From Acutalibacteraceae bacterium (GTDB lineage Bacteria > Bacillota > Clostridia > Oscillospirales > Acutalibacteraceae), in the NCBI GenBank assembly GCA_045646545.1, contig JAZRKV010000031.1, forward strand, positions 7,707 through 71,706: 64,000 nucleotides of DNA, given 5' to 3'. Position numbers and translations under genes: made by a program. The notes beneath the pieces were generated by a model, which worked only from the letters and a program-made list of their open reading frames with translations, ran no database searches and was not told where the DNA came from. Of the stretch, positions 46,846-56,734 are shown piece by piece (the first letter of the stretch is position 1; each line of letters starts with the position of its first letter).

Positions 46846-48807
46846 TTAATCTATTTGCAATCTGTAATCCGGATCGGAAACTCTCCTTAAATAAGCCTGA
46901 TATCCTTCGTCGACAATAAGAATATATTCACCATTTGTAATGATTGATCTATCAAACCCTTCATCAACTTCGAAATCTCCTGCTTTTCCAAACACGGATT
47001 TAAACTCAAGCCAATCATATTCTTTAGTTACGGTTTTTGCTTTTTCAATAAACTCATCGTCTTTCATATCGACTTTATAAAAAGTCGCCTGACTCCACCA
47101 TTTCATATTAAATTCATCTTTATCATAAAGACTGTCAAGAAGAACTTTTCTGTCGTATGGTGATACCATTCTACGGTCGTTATCTTCAAGACGAATTCTC
47201 CAAGGAGATTGAGTTGTTACCTTTATATAACTTCCGTCTGCTTTATATAAATATATTATTATATATTCATCTCCACCGTAATCACCAAGCCACCAAGTAT
47301 CATTTTCATCCGGCTCAGATGTGGCAAGAATAGCATTGAAATTTTCTTCAAACGCTTTAATTTTGTTTTTATCGGTAACCGTTTTAGTATATTCCTTTCT
47401 TATACCTTCCAACTCATCATACAAATAATTTGTAATAATCTCCGCAGAAACCACGTCATCACAATTCAGTTCATATTCAGGCTTACCGTAAAGCAAAACA
47501 CTTTCAGGAAGACTCTGTTGAAAACCAACACGCTCTCCACGTTCTATTACGCCGTTTCTATTGTAGTCATACACATAATCTTCTTCAGAATTCTGACTCT
47601 GTGATTGTGTGGTAACAGGCGGATTCGTTGTACCTTGAGGTTTTGTGCTACCTTGAGGTTTTATGCTACCCTGAGGTTTTGTTGTATCTTCAACCGGCTT
47701 AGTTGCGGAATCTGTTAACTCTTCACTATTATCCTCATGCGGAACAGTTACACCGTCTGCCACCGTTGAAGATGTTGTGCTTTCTTCTTTTGTGCCCTGA
47801 GTTGTATCAGGAGTATTTTTGTCGGAATTTTTTTCTTTTAACGGTGAAGTGAGGAATGCTACCGCTATTGCTACGCACGCTATAACCGCAATAATAATAA
47901 TCCAAAATGCCGGTTTTTTATAATTGAGAACAGATTTTATCCTGCTTTTTACACTTGTTTCACCAAATGCTAACGGACAAGCAGAAATCAATCGCCTTTG
48001 AGAACTGCAGTTTATAAGAGCATTGGAATATTCTTTTCTGCACTCTGAATCCATTTCCTTTATCGCTTTTTCATCACATGCCAGTTCAATATCTTTACAC
48101 AAAAAGATATATGCTACCCAGATAACAGGATTAAACCAGTAAAACGAAAGAAGGAGAAAAGCAAAAGGTTTCCATAAATAATCCAATCGTTTTAAATGAG
48201 CTTTTTCGTGTTCAATTACATACAAAACATCTTCTTCAGAAAGTGAAGAAGGAATATATATTTTAGGTTTTATAACTCCTAAGATAAACGGTGTGGAAAT
48301 TCCATCCACAAAATATATATTTTCTTTTGTATGCATAGCCTCTGCTACACTCTTTTTAACTTTAAGGTAACTTACTAATACATACAACATCATTACAATT
48401 ATGCCACTAATCCAGATACAGGCAATAACACTTAAATTATTATGTAAAACAGGTTGAGGCATGGGCGTATCAAATATAGGCTCAATAGCAGAATCTACCG
48501 TATAAAAACCGCTATCTACCTGAGGAACAATGTTTTGGGCTGAGCCGACTGTTTCTGAATATACTCCTGAAACAGGAATAGTCTCGCTACTGGGAATAAG
48601 GCTAAAAACACTTTCAAAATTAAAGGGAAAAATTAACCTTATACCAACAAGTGCCCATAAAACACAGTTTATCCATTTAGGTGCCTTTTTAAGGCATAGC
48701 CTTGCAATAACAACTGCAAGTACCAACCATGATGCCATTACACTTATATTAAAAACGTTAAGAAAAACTTCGCCTGAATTTATAAATGCATTATACATAT
48801 TATTCAC
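46846..48807 (-). CDS. BlaR1/MecR1-like M56 peptidase signal transducer with non-PBP extracellular domain
   Basis: HEKAH zinc motif in a polytopic N-terminal half. A Pro/Thr/Gln linker carries KPQGS repeats. I do not recognise the C-terminal 250 aa. Confidence 0.75.
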   Translation of the reverse strand: MNNMYNAFINSGEVFLNVFNISVMASWLVLAVVIARLCLKKAPKWINCVLWALVGIRLIFPFNFESVFSLIPSSETIPVSGVYSETVGSAQNIVPQVDSGFYTVDSAIEPIFDTPMPQPVLHNNLSVIACIWISGIIVMMLYVLVSYLKVKKSVAEAMHTKENIYFVDGISTPFILGVIKPKIYIPSSLSEEDVLYVIEHEKAHLKRLDYLWKPFAFLLLSFYWFNPVIWVAYIFLCKDIELACDEKAIKEMDSECRKEYSNALINCSSQRRLISACPLAFGETSVKSRIKSVLNYKKPAFWIIIIAVIACVAIAVAFLTSPLKEKNSDKNTPDTTQGTKEESTTSSTVADGVTVPHEDNSEELTDSATKPVEDTTKPQGSIKPQGSTKPQGTTNPPVTTQSQSQNSEEDYVYDYNRNGVIERGERVGFQQSLPESVLLYGKPEYELNCDDVVSAEIITNYLYDELEGIRKEYTKTVTDKNKIKAFEENFNAILATSEPDENDTWWLGDYGGDEYIIIYLYKADGSYIKVTTQSPWRIRLEDNDRRMVSPYDRKVLLDSLYDKDEFNMKWWSQATFYKVDMKDDEFIEKAKTVTKEYDWLEFKSVFGKAGDFEVDEGFDRSIITNGEYILIVDEGYQAYLRRVSDPDYRLQID

Positions 48808-49162
48808 CTTCGTATTCCTTTACAAATCGCTTAAGTTCCTCCACTTCTTCCTTAGATAATTTTTTTCTGCCTGTGAATGCAGCGAGGAACGCAGGCAAGG
48901 AACCTTGAAACGTTTCTTCCACAAACTTTTCAGTTTGCATAGAATAAAAATCTTTTTTTGATACTAAAGAGCTTACCATTCCTTTTTCATTTACAAAAAG
49001 ACCTTTGTCGCAAAGCCTTTTTAGAACGGTAAACGACGTTGTTTTTTTCCACCCGAGAGCAGTATACGCAAGCTTGGAAAGTTCAGTTGAAGAAAGCGGC
49101 TCATTAGTCCATATAATATCCGCAAACTTTGATTCAACTACTCCTAATGTTTTATCTATCAT
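48800..49162 (-). CDS. BlaI/MecI/CopY family transcriptional repressor
   Basis: 120-aa winged-helix protein (..TSFTVLKRLCDKG..). Its stop overlaps the blaR1-like start. Confidence 0.8.
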   Translation of the reverse strand: MIDKTLGVVESKFADIIWTNEPLSSTELSKLAYTALGWKKTTSFTVLKRLCDKGLFVNEKGMVSSLVSKKDFYSMQTEKFVEETFQGSLPAFLAAFTGRKKLSKEEVEELKRFVKEYEGE

Positions 49163-49177
49163 AACTTCACCTCTGTT

Positions 49178-49215
49178 CTACAACGTGTAGTACAACTGTA
49201 TACTACATCATGTAG
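49178..49215. promoter_or_regulatory. three adjacent TACA-n-TGTA operator boxes
   Basis: CTACAACGTGTAG (49178-49190), TACAACTGTA (49191-49200) and CTACATCATGTAG (49203-49215), 16-53 bp upstream of the blaI-like ATG. Confidence 0.6.
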
Positions 49216-49321
49216 AACGATTTGTCAACACTTTTTTCAGGTAAATCTTGTGAGAAAAATATTTAGTGCGAAAAAACAAAAGACTTTTCATTGTCAATTC
49301 AAGTGTTTTTTATTGAAAATT

Positions 49322-49357
49322 TAAAATCCGCAATACACTAAGTACTGCGGATTTTTT
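49322..49357. terminator. bidirectional terminator hairpin
   Basis: AAAATCCGCA / TGCGGATTTT stem. Confidence 0.6.
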
Positions 49358-49430
49358 ATAAATCGAATTATTTTTCTCTAACCATATACTGTACAAAGCC
49401 CTGAAACGAACTGATTCAGATAGTACAGAA

Positions 49431-50285
49431 TTATTTTTCAAATATACTTATTAATTGTCTGCCCACGCTTGCCATAAACCTTTCTCCATCAGCACAAAGG
49501 TTAGCAGGTACATCACTCAAAAAGCTTGTTGCTTCAAAGGTAAGGTCCCCTTTATAGTTAATATCTGCGAGAGCCTTCATAACCTTTTCCCACTCTACCT
49601 TTCCGTAGTATGGCAGGGTATGAGAATCGTTTGTACCGTCTACATCGTGCACATGAAGGCATTTAAGCCGCTTGTTCCCCAATGCTTTTATAAAGTCTGC
49701 AAGGTCCTCCCTCACAAGTGCTGCGTGGCCGATATCAAGGCAGGCAACGAAGCAATCGTTATTAAGTTCGTCAATATATCTTATAAATTCAGCAGGTCGT
49801 GAGCAGGTAGAGTGATTAATCATACCTGTCCATTGCCACATATTTTCTACAGCAACCTTAACACCATACTCCTGGCAATACGGAATAAGCTTCGAGTAAA
49901 ACTCCATATTATACTCAAAAAGGAGCTCAGGGTTGCCTGCTTGTGTATATGCAAGGTGCTGGCAAGGGTGAACAACAATATTTTCCACGCCTAAATATGA
50001 TGCTCTTTTAATTGCCTCTGTAATTTCTGCAAAACGTTTTTTAGTTTTTTCCTCATCCTTAAACGAGGAAGCAAATGGGGCGTGAGATTGGTTAAAGGTA
50101 ACGCCCTTATCCTCTGCATATTTACGCAACTCAATAAAATAATTCTTACTTAAATCTGCTCCGTAGATGCTTTCATCACATTGAGAAAAATCTATGCAAT
50201 CATAGCCTGCAGCAGCTAATACATCTATGGTTTTTTCTAAGCCTAAACGACTTGCTATATCACAAGTAGATGTTGAAAGTCTCAT
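49431..50285 (-). CDS. sugar phosphate isomerase/epimerase (xylose isomerase-like TIM barrel)
   Basis: Family-typical HAPF.., VVHP, VENM and HVHD segments. Confidence 0.75.
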   Translation of the reverse strand: MRLSTSTCDIASRLGLEKTIDVLAAAGYDCIDFSQCDESIYGADLSKNYFIELRKYAEDKGVTFNQSHAPFASSFKDEEKTKKRFAEITEAIKRASYLGVENIVVHPCQHLAYTQAGNPELLFEYNMEFYSKLIPYCQEYGVKVAVENMWQWTGMINHSTCSRPAEFIRYIDELNNDCFVACLDIGHAALVREDLADFIKALGNKRLKCLHVHDVDGTNDSHTLPYYGKVEWEKVMKALADINYKGDLTFEATSFLSDVPANLCADGERFMASVGRQLISIFEK

Positions 50286-50299
50286 AAAATCACCTCAAT

Positions 50300-51073
50300 T
50301 TAAGAAATTACTTTACCTTCCCATTCTTTTGCAGGCTTAACCTCAAGAAGAGACGCAATTGTTGTAGCAATATCTTTAATGGAAACGTCTGAAATTTCCT
50401 TGTTCTGCTCAAAGGTTTTACCACAGAAAACAACAGGAATAGTCATATCCTCAGGCATATCTGAGCCGTGACTTCTATCGTGTCCGCCATGGTCTGCACA
50501 AAGAATGATTGTATACTCATCACTGATTGAATTCTGAAGTTTTTCAACACAAGAAAGAGCCTTGCTTACGCTCTTCATATATTGTTCACTCATCCAACCA
50601 CAATCGTGACCGCCAACTTCATCAGTTTCACCAAGATAAAGGAAAAGGAAATCAGGAGTTTCTGCATTTATATATTTAATAGCGGCATCAGTAATTTTAA
50701 TATCTGTATCCGCTTGCATATGCTGATTAATGCAAAGTGCTGTGTGAAGATGGTCAGGACGAGATAAATCGCGAAGCTCTTCCCAAGTATAGAAAAATGC
50801 GCATTTTTTATCACTTTCTTCAAACACATCAAACATACCTTTAATTGGTCTTACCTGAGGAATATATGTATTTGTAGAAATACCGTGCCTTTCAGGGTCA
50901 ACACTATGGAATAATGACATATGACAAGGAAGTGTAACTGAAGGCATAACTGTTTGTGCAGTAAGAGTATATGTGCTTTTTTCTATAAGCTTTTGTGCAA
51001 AAGGATTACCGCACTGCATCATACCATCAGGACGCATACCGTCAACTAATATCAAAATTACTTTTTCGGACAT
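50300..51073 (-). CDS. alkaline phosphatase superfamily protein (nucleotide pyrophosphatase/phosphodiesterase type)
   Basis: ILILVDGMRPDG, GHD.G and ADHGGHD metal-site segments. Confidence 0.7.
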   Translation of the reverse strand: MSEKVILILVDGMRPDGMMQCGNPFAQKLIEKSTYTLTAQTVMPSVTLPCHMSLFHSVDPERHGISTNTYIPQVRPIKGMFDVFEESDKKCAFFYTWEELRDLSRPDHLHTALCINQHMQADTDIKITDAAIKYINAETPDFLFLYLGETDEVGGHDCGWMSEQYMKSVSKALSCVEKLQNSISDEYTIILCADHGGHDRSHGSDMPEDMTIPVVFCGKTFEQNKEISDVSIKDIATTIASLLEVKPAKEWEGKVIS

Positions 51074-51119
51074 ATTAATTTACCCCTTTTTAAAAGTTAT
51101 TAATTATATATTATCACAC

Positions 51120-51158
51120 AAAAAAATGAAACACAACCGAATTTCAATTGTGTTTCAT
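51120..51158 (-). terminator. rho-independent terminator
   Basis: ATGAAACACAA / TTGTGTTTCAT stem with a T-run on the minus strand. Confidence 0.7.
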
Positions 51159-51165
51159 AAATTTA

Positions 51166-51732
51166 TTATTCTTTTTCTTTTTTATCCTTTTTTCCGTCCA
51201 AAAGAACTTTGCCTACTATCGGGAACACAAGCTGAAGCACATGGCTTACAAGCACACTGTAAGAGCATGTAAGTATATCATAAGTACACCATAACGCCAT
51301 GTTAAGAATTGTCCAGAAACGGTATCTTGAACCGTTTTCCTGACCAATACACATTACAAACATCCAACATGCAACAATCGCAATAACAAGGCAAGCAATA
51401 TCTAATTTGCCCGGATTATCAAATCCGCCTGTTGCAAGGTTTACCGCAACGTTAATCAAGGTAAAGCCTATGCCGTAAACAAAAGTAAGCGGTTTGGGAA
51501 CTTTTTTGTTTCTTGCTTCAAAAAAGAAATTTATTATTGTAACAAAACCACCAAAGAAACATGACGCGGCACCTTCAATGCCTGTACCCTCCAAAAGGAA
51601 AGCAATTGCGCCAAAAACATTTCCGCAACACACAAGAAAAAGAATTAACTTCATCTTTTTACCCTTTACGAGTGATGCAAAAATCATTGATAATAAGCTT
51701 AATAAACTAAATATTGGTGCTAACTTTTCCAT
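51166..51732 (-). CDS. hypothetical inner membrane protein (YgjV-like size and topology)
   Basis: About 6 TM segments. ATG 51732 follows GGAGGCAAT. The track ORF extension to 51933 overlaps the divergent promoter. Confidence 0.55.
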   Translation of the reverse strand: MEKLAPIFSLLSLLSMIFASLVKGKKMKLILFLVCCGNVFGAIAFLLEGTGIEGAASCFFGGFVTIINFFFEARNKKVPKPLTFVYGIGFTLINVAVNLATGGFDNPGKLDIACLVIAIVACWMFVMCIGQENGSRYRFWTILNMALWCTYDILTCSYSVLVSHVLQLVFPIVGKVLLDGKKDKKEKE

Positions 51733-51803
51733 ATTGCCTCCATAACTCAAAAAAATCACAATGGGTATTGTAACAAATATATTCATTTTCGTCAATTCCG
51801 TAT

Positions 51804-51832
51804 TTGACACTTTATTAAATGATGTGTATAAT
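51804..51832 (+). promoter_or_regulatory. consensus sigma-A promoter (TTGACA-17-TATAAT)
   Basis: Perfect hexamers at 51804-51809 and 51827-51832. Confidence 0.6.
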
Positions 51833-51842
51833 TTTTTGAGGA

Positions 51843-52529
51843 GTGATGATATTGGCAGGAATAATTGAATTTGAAATTTATTTAGTCCGTCACGGACAAA
51901 GCAAAGGTAATGTGCGCTCATCAGAAGATGCAACGAATCTTTCCCTTTTTGAAAGTGAAGATCCCGTACTTACCGAAACAGGTATTATACAAGCACAAAA
52001 GGTTGGAGAATTTTTAAAGAACATACCCTTTACAACCATTTTTTCCAGCGGATTATTAAGAGCGGTACACACCGCTACGGAAATAATAGAAAAGCAAGGC
52101 GAAACCACACCGCTTGAAATTCTTCCTCTGCTTACAGAGGCAGGCGTATGTGATGAGTATTCAACAAGCCTTGACGTTATCCGTGAAATTAATCCGTCTG
52201 CAATTGTTGCAAAAGACTTTGAAGAAATTGAGGGCTTGATTTGCCACACCTCTTCAAAGGATGAAAAAGCTCTTTTCGAAAGGGCGGAAAAAGCAATTAA
52301 ATACTTTAAAAACCGCTATTCTCAAGGCGAAAAAATTGCAGTTGTAAGCCATGGTGCTTTTATTACATATCTTGTTTTTCACCTTATGGGCTTCACCTCT
52401 TGCCCGATTTTTGATTTGGATTTCAATAACACGGGTGTTACAAAAGTGACAGTATATAAAAAAGGCACTAACCCTTATGGTGACGTGATTTTCAGCTACA
52501 TAAACAGTACATCTCATCTTGATAAATAA
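51843..52529 (+). CDS. histidine phosphatase family protein
   Basis: The RHG motif (LVRHGQSKGN) is present. The exact start among GTG 51843, ATG 51846 and TTG 51852 is uncertain. Confidence 0.8.
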   Translation: MMILAGIIEFEIYLVRHGQSKGNVRSSEDATNLSLFESEDPVLTETGIIQAQKVGEFLKNIPFTTIFSSGLLRAVHTATEIIEKQGETTPLEILPLLTEAGVCDEYSTSLDVIREINPSAIVAKDFEEIEGLICHTSSKDEKALFERAEKAIKYFKNRYSQGEKIAVVSHGAFITYLVFHLMGFTSCPIFDLDFNNTGVTKVTVYKKGTNPYGDVIFSYINSTSHLDK

Positions 52530-52602
52530 ATAACATTTTGTGTTTACTTATTTAAACTAAAGTAGTATAATTCATAGTATATTATTTGAAAGGAAAATAA
52601 AA

Positions 52603-54054
52603 ATGAATCCTGTTATTATAGCTTTACTTGTAATTTTAGGTATACTTGTTCTTTTGATTTTAGTTGCCGCATTAAAAGCAGTAAAAATCAAGGCAAAGCC
52701 AAACACAAATGAACCTGCCATCAACCCTACGGAAGAAGAGGCAAACGACTATGCTCAAAAGCTTTCCGAAATGGTTAAGGTTCCCACAATTTCTCTCAGA
52801 GGTAACGAAGACCTTACAGAATTTTACAATTTACATAAAGTTATGGAAAAGAATTTCCCTCTTGTTTTTTCAAAGCTTGAAAAAACAGAAATAGAAGGTA
52901 ACCTTCTTTTCCGTTGGGCAGGTAAAGACCCAAAAAGAAACGGCGTCCTTCTTATGGGACACCAGGACGTTGTTACTGCAGACGAGCCAAACTGGGAAAG
53001 AGACCCATTCTCAGGTGAAATTGCAGACGGCAATATTCATGGCAGAGGCTCTATGGACTGTAAATCTACTTTCTTCTCAGAATTCCAGGCAATTGAAGAA
53101 CTTCTCCAAGAAGGCTACGAGCCACCATGTGACATTTATCTCGCAACCGCAGTTGATGAAGAAATTTCAGGTGACGGTGCTCCGAAGCTTGTTAATTACC
53201 TTAAGTCAAAGGGCGTTCACCTTGATGTTGCAATGGATGAAGGCGGTGCAATTCTTAAAGATCAGCTTCCTACAATGAACGGTTGGTGTGCCGCTATCGG
53301 TATACTTGAAAAAGGTTACATTGACCTTAAGGTTATTGCAAAAGGCAAAGGCGGTCACTCTTCAACACCAAAGAGCAACACCCCTCTTGCAAGACTTGCA
53401 AAATTTGTTGCCGATGTAGAGAAAAATAAGCCTTTTAAAGCAGAAATCTCCGGTCCCGTATATGCAATGCTTAAAGAGGCAGCACCTTATTTAGGCTTCC
53501 CGCTCAGAATGGTGCTTGGCAATATGTGGCTCTTTAAAGGCTTACTCACAAAGGCATTACCTATGATTTCACCTATGTGCAATGCTTTTACAAAAACTAC
53601 ATTCTGTTGCACAATGGCAGAAGGCTCACAAACACCAAACGTTATCCCGTCAGAAGCATATATCGTTTGTAATCTTCGTACATCTCCACACCAAAACGTG
53701 GACGAATCCTTGGCAGTTCTTAAAAAATACGCAGACAAGTACGACCTTGAATTCGAAATTATCCACGCAAGAAACGCATCCAACTGTGTAGATTACAAAG
53801 GCGAAGAATTTACATACCTAAAAAAATGTCTCAACGAATGTTATCCTGATGCAAGTGTTATTCCGTACCTTATGACAGGCGGTACAGACTGCCGTCACTA
53901 TGAAGATGTTGCAGACAACTGCTTACGCTTCTGCCCTATTAAAATGAGTAACGCTCAGCTTGCCGCTATGCACGCCGCAAACGAAAGCATTGGTGTATGG
54001 GAAGTTGCACATTGTGTTAAATTCTATAAACACTATATAAAAAATCACAAATAA
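52603..54054 (+). CDS. M20/M25/M40 family metallopeptidase with N-terminal TM anchor
   Basis: LLMGHQDVV, HGRGSMDCK and DEE metal-ligand segments. Confidence 0.8.
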   Translation: MNPVIIALLVILGILVLLILVAALKAVKIKAKPNTNEPAINPTEEEANDYAQKLSEMVKVPTISLRGNEDLTEFYNLHKVMEKNFPLVFSKLEKTEIEGNLLFRWAGKDPKRNGVLLMGHQDVVTADEPNWERDPFSGEIADGNIHGRGSMDCKSTFFSEFQAIEELLQEGYEPPCDIYLATAVDEEISGDGAPKLVNYLKSKGVHLDVAMDEGGAILKDQLPTMNGWCAAIGILEKGYIDLKVIAKGKGGHSSTPKSNTPLARLAKFVADVEKNKPFKAEISGPVYAMLKEAAPYLGFPLRMVLGNMWLFKGLLTKALPMISPMCNAFTKTTFCCTMAEGSQTPNVIPSEAYIVCNLRTSPHQNVDESLAVLKKYADKYDLEFEIIHARNASNCVDYKGEEFTYLKKCLNECYPDASVIPYLMTGGTDCRHYEDVADNCLRFCPIKMSNAQLAAMHAANESIGVWEVAHCVKFYKHYIKNHK

Positions 54055-54084
54055 AAATTAAAACACAAAATATTAACACAACAA

Positions 54085-54128
54085 AACAGACTCGCAATAC
54101 GCAAGGTATTACGAGTCTGTTGCTTTTT
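54085..54128. terminator. bidirectional terminator
   Basis: CAGACTCG..CGAGTCTG extended stem between convergent genes. Confidence 0.7.
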
Positions 54129-56580
54129 ATTTTGCCTTATACATTAATATAATTGCCTTTTCACCATCAGGTAAATCTATAGCAACACCGTCATTCATAA
54201 GTTGTTTGCCGCTTAAGGTTTTAATCTCATCAGGATTATCTATATCGTATACGTTATAAATCACTTCATCTGAAAGACCGTTAAATTTAACGATATACTC
54301 ATCATCCTTTACGTTTTCACGCTTGTAAATAAGGGCTGTACCTTCTTTACCTGCTTCGGAATCAAACTGCATTGCAAGAATTTTATCCTTATCAAAGCTA
54401 CCAAATTCAATAGGATAATAATTACCGCCCATCAATGCCCTTTGCTCATTATGGAAACTGAAATCCTCATGCTTATGTGAATAAAAATCCATAAGCATCA
54501 AAGGCATAATTGCAGACCTTGCAGAATATTCACTTTCCATCCAGAGCGCTGTACCTGAAATCGGTAACCAGAAAGATATGCCATAAGTATGTGACTGAGT
54601 CGCCTCAAACAAATCAGAATGATATGAACAGTTGTAGTCACTTCTCCAGAAAGGAATACTACGATATGTCATTTCAAGGTCAAGACGTTTACCGCCCGAT
54701 GCACAGTTATCTATTATAAGACCGTCTATGTTATCACAAAGGTAATCAAGGAACTTATAAAGATTTGTTACATAGTGATTTTCACATATACCTTTTCTGC
54801 CGTCATAATATTCTTTATCTGCTTTTTGCCAATATTCAAGCGGTGCAAAGTTAAAGTCCTGACGGTAAACGGTTACACCGTTTTCTTTAAGTGAATTTGC
54901 AATATATTCACAATAATATTCAAGAGCATCTTCATTTGCAAGGTTCCACATTACATTGTCGTCACCTATATCAACGAGCCAACCTTCTTTTTGGGAGCCT
55001 ACTTTATAAAACTCTGTATTTCGGAAAACTCTTTCAGGCTCATACCACAAAACGTGGCCAAGACCTTTATCTTTAGCATAAGAAGAAAGCTCCGAAATGC
55101 CGTTATCGTATCTTGAGGTATCCACAGTCCAGTTACCTACGCCTTCATACCAGCCTTCAGTATAGCTGTACCAACCAGCATCCATCCAAAATGCATCTGT
55201 ATTTTCGTAAACGCTATCGTCTACATCGTTATCAAGTATCGTTATAATTTCATCGCTTGTACGTGTAGACATTGGCCCTGCAACTTCCATTACAGTATAA
55301 TAATTTTTTGTGATATTTTCAGGATAAACGCTATCCATAATCCAGTTTCTGAACAAATTGAATCCTTTAAGTGCGTTTGTATTCTTGTAGAAACTTAAGG
55401 AAACAAGTGGTGACCTTACCTCTTCACCGGGAAGAAGATAGCCTTCCAACTCCTCTTGCTTAACGGTGATATTTGTTTTTTCATCTTCTGAAGAGAAAGT
55501 TGATTCCCATTGACCTGTCCAACCAATGCCCATTACAACGCCATACTTTTCACCGCAAATATTGAAATATGGCATATATTTTTCTGTTGGTTTACCTTCG
55601 TTACCTGAAAAAACTTTTTCACTGGAAGAAAGACTCTTTTCTACAAGAGAAAAGTCCGCTGCCGCAGTGTCACTACCTATAGAATAATAAAGATTTGTTT
55701 TTCCTGTTGAAAGGCTTGAATCAAGTGCATAAAAATCACTGATAACAGCTGATTTCTCCTTACCTATATTTTTAATGTAAACTGTCCATTGACAAGTTGC
55801 ATGTGCATTGAATGTTATTGCTTCTACACGTATTTCAAGACCATTGTTTTTGTTTTTAAAGATGATATTTTCTGCAACTCCATCTTCATAAACATCTTCA
55901 TTTTTGACTTGTTCAACACTTTTTTCCCATTCAGAAGCATTAAACTGCTCACCATCAACTTTGAAAGTAAAAGGATAATTGCCATCCTCACCTAAGATAC
56001 TACTGTTGTACCAATCTTTACATAGCTTTTTCTCTTCTGGAGAAATTACCATATCTTCCGCACTAATAGTGCCAAATTTAATATTCTTTTTGTATTCAAG
56101 AGCTTTTATATTATCAATATTAAACACAATTCCTCCGGTAGCAGAAATCAAAAAATATACAATAGCAAGAATTATATTAAGTACTTTAAACCCTTTTTTT
56201 GCCCTTAAAATAAAGGCAACAAGCAATACAATCGCCGCTATTGAAAAAGCAACCGTATACGTTTTGATAATAACTACTTCATTATCTGTACAAGATTCGT
56301 TATACTTTGCATTCAAGCCCCATATAACACCTTGAAACAAGCCGTTACCGGCAACAAATGCTAATATTTGCGGTATAAATTTTGCTTTTTTAAATACTTC
56401 TCCTGTCAAAAGAGCAAAAAACCAACCTAATGCAGAGCCGGAAAGAATTGTGTAAAGATGCACGTCTGCACCGCTATCTTTACCATAAAAAACATACCAC
56501 AATGAATATGATGCATATATAAAAAGCCCTAAAAAGACCGTAGTAACAACGCTATCAATTATAACTCTTTTTTTATTCAT
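54127..56580 (-). CDS. GH36/GH27-clan alpha-galactosidase-like enzyme fused to an N-terminal polytopic membrane domain
   Basis: About 5-6 TM segments fill the first 190 aa or so. Then come FWMDAGWY, YRQDFN and IDNCASGGKRLD (compare the GH36 CSGGGGR region). ATG 56580 follows GGTG, and ATG 56598 is an alternative. Confidence 0.6.
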   Translation of the reverse strand: MNKKRVIIDSVVTTVFLGLFIYASYSLWYVFYGKDSGADVHLYTILSGSALGWFFALLTGEVFKKAKFIPQILAFVAGNGLFQGVIWGLNAKYNESCTDNEVVIIKTYTVAFSIAAIVLLVAFILRAKKGFKVLNIILAIVYFLISATGGIVFNIDNIKALEYKKNIKFGTISAEDMVISPEEKKLCKDWYNSSILGEDGNYPFTFKVDGEQFNASEWEKSVEQVKNEDVYEDGVAENIIFKNKNNGLEIRVEAITFNAHATCQWTVYIKNIGKEKSAVISDFYALDSSLSTGKTNLYYSIGSDTAAADFSLVEKSLSSSEKVFSGNEGKPTEKYMPYFNICGEKYGVVMGIGWTGQWESTFSSEDEKTNITVKQEELEGYLLPGEEVRSPLVSLSFYKNTNALKGFNLFRNWIMDSVYPENITKNYYTVMEVAGPMSTRTSDEIITILDNDVDDSVYENTDAFWMDAGWYSYTEGWYEGVGNWTVDTSRYDNGISELSSYAKDKGLGHVLWYEPERVFRNTEFYKVGSQKEGWLVDIGDDNVMWNLANEDALEYYCEYIANSLKENGVTVYRQDFNFAPLEYWQKADKEYYDGRKGICENHYVTNLYKFLDYLCDNIDGLIIDNCASGGKRLDLEMTYRSIPFWRSDYNCSYHSDLFEATQSHTYGISFWLPISGTALWMESEYSARSAIMPLMLMDFYSHKHEDFSFHNEQRALMGGNYYPIEFGSFDKDKILAMQFDSEAGKEGTALIYKRENVKDDEYIVKFNGLSDEVIYNVYDIDNPDEIKTLSGKQLMNDGVAIDLPDGEKAIILMYKAK

Positions 56581-56734
56581 TGCCACACCTCGTAACATAT
56601 TAATAAATTATACTTACATATTACCATACTGCCCTTCCCTTTTCAATCAAAATACTGTTGATTTATTTTTATTTCAATGATAAACTTTAGACGATATATT
56701 ATTTTTGTTTCTCATTTTCAAAGGAGATGCTTTT

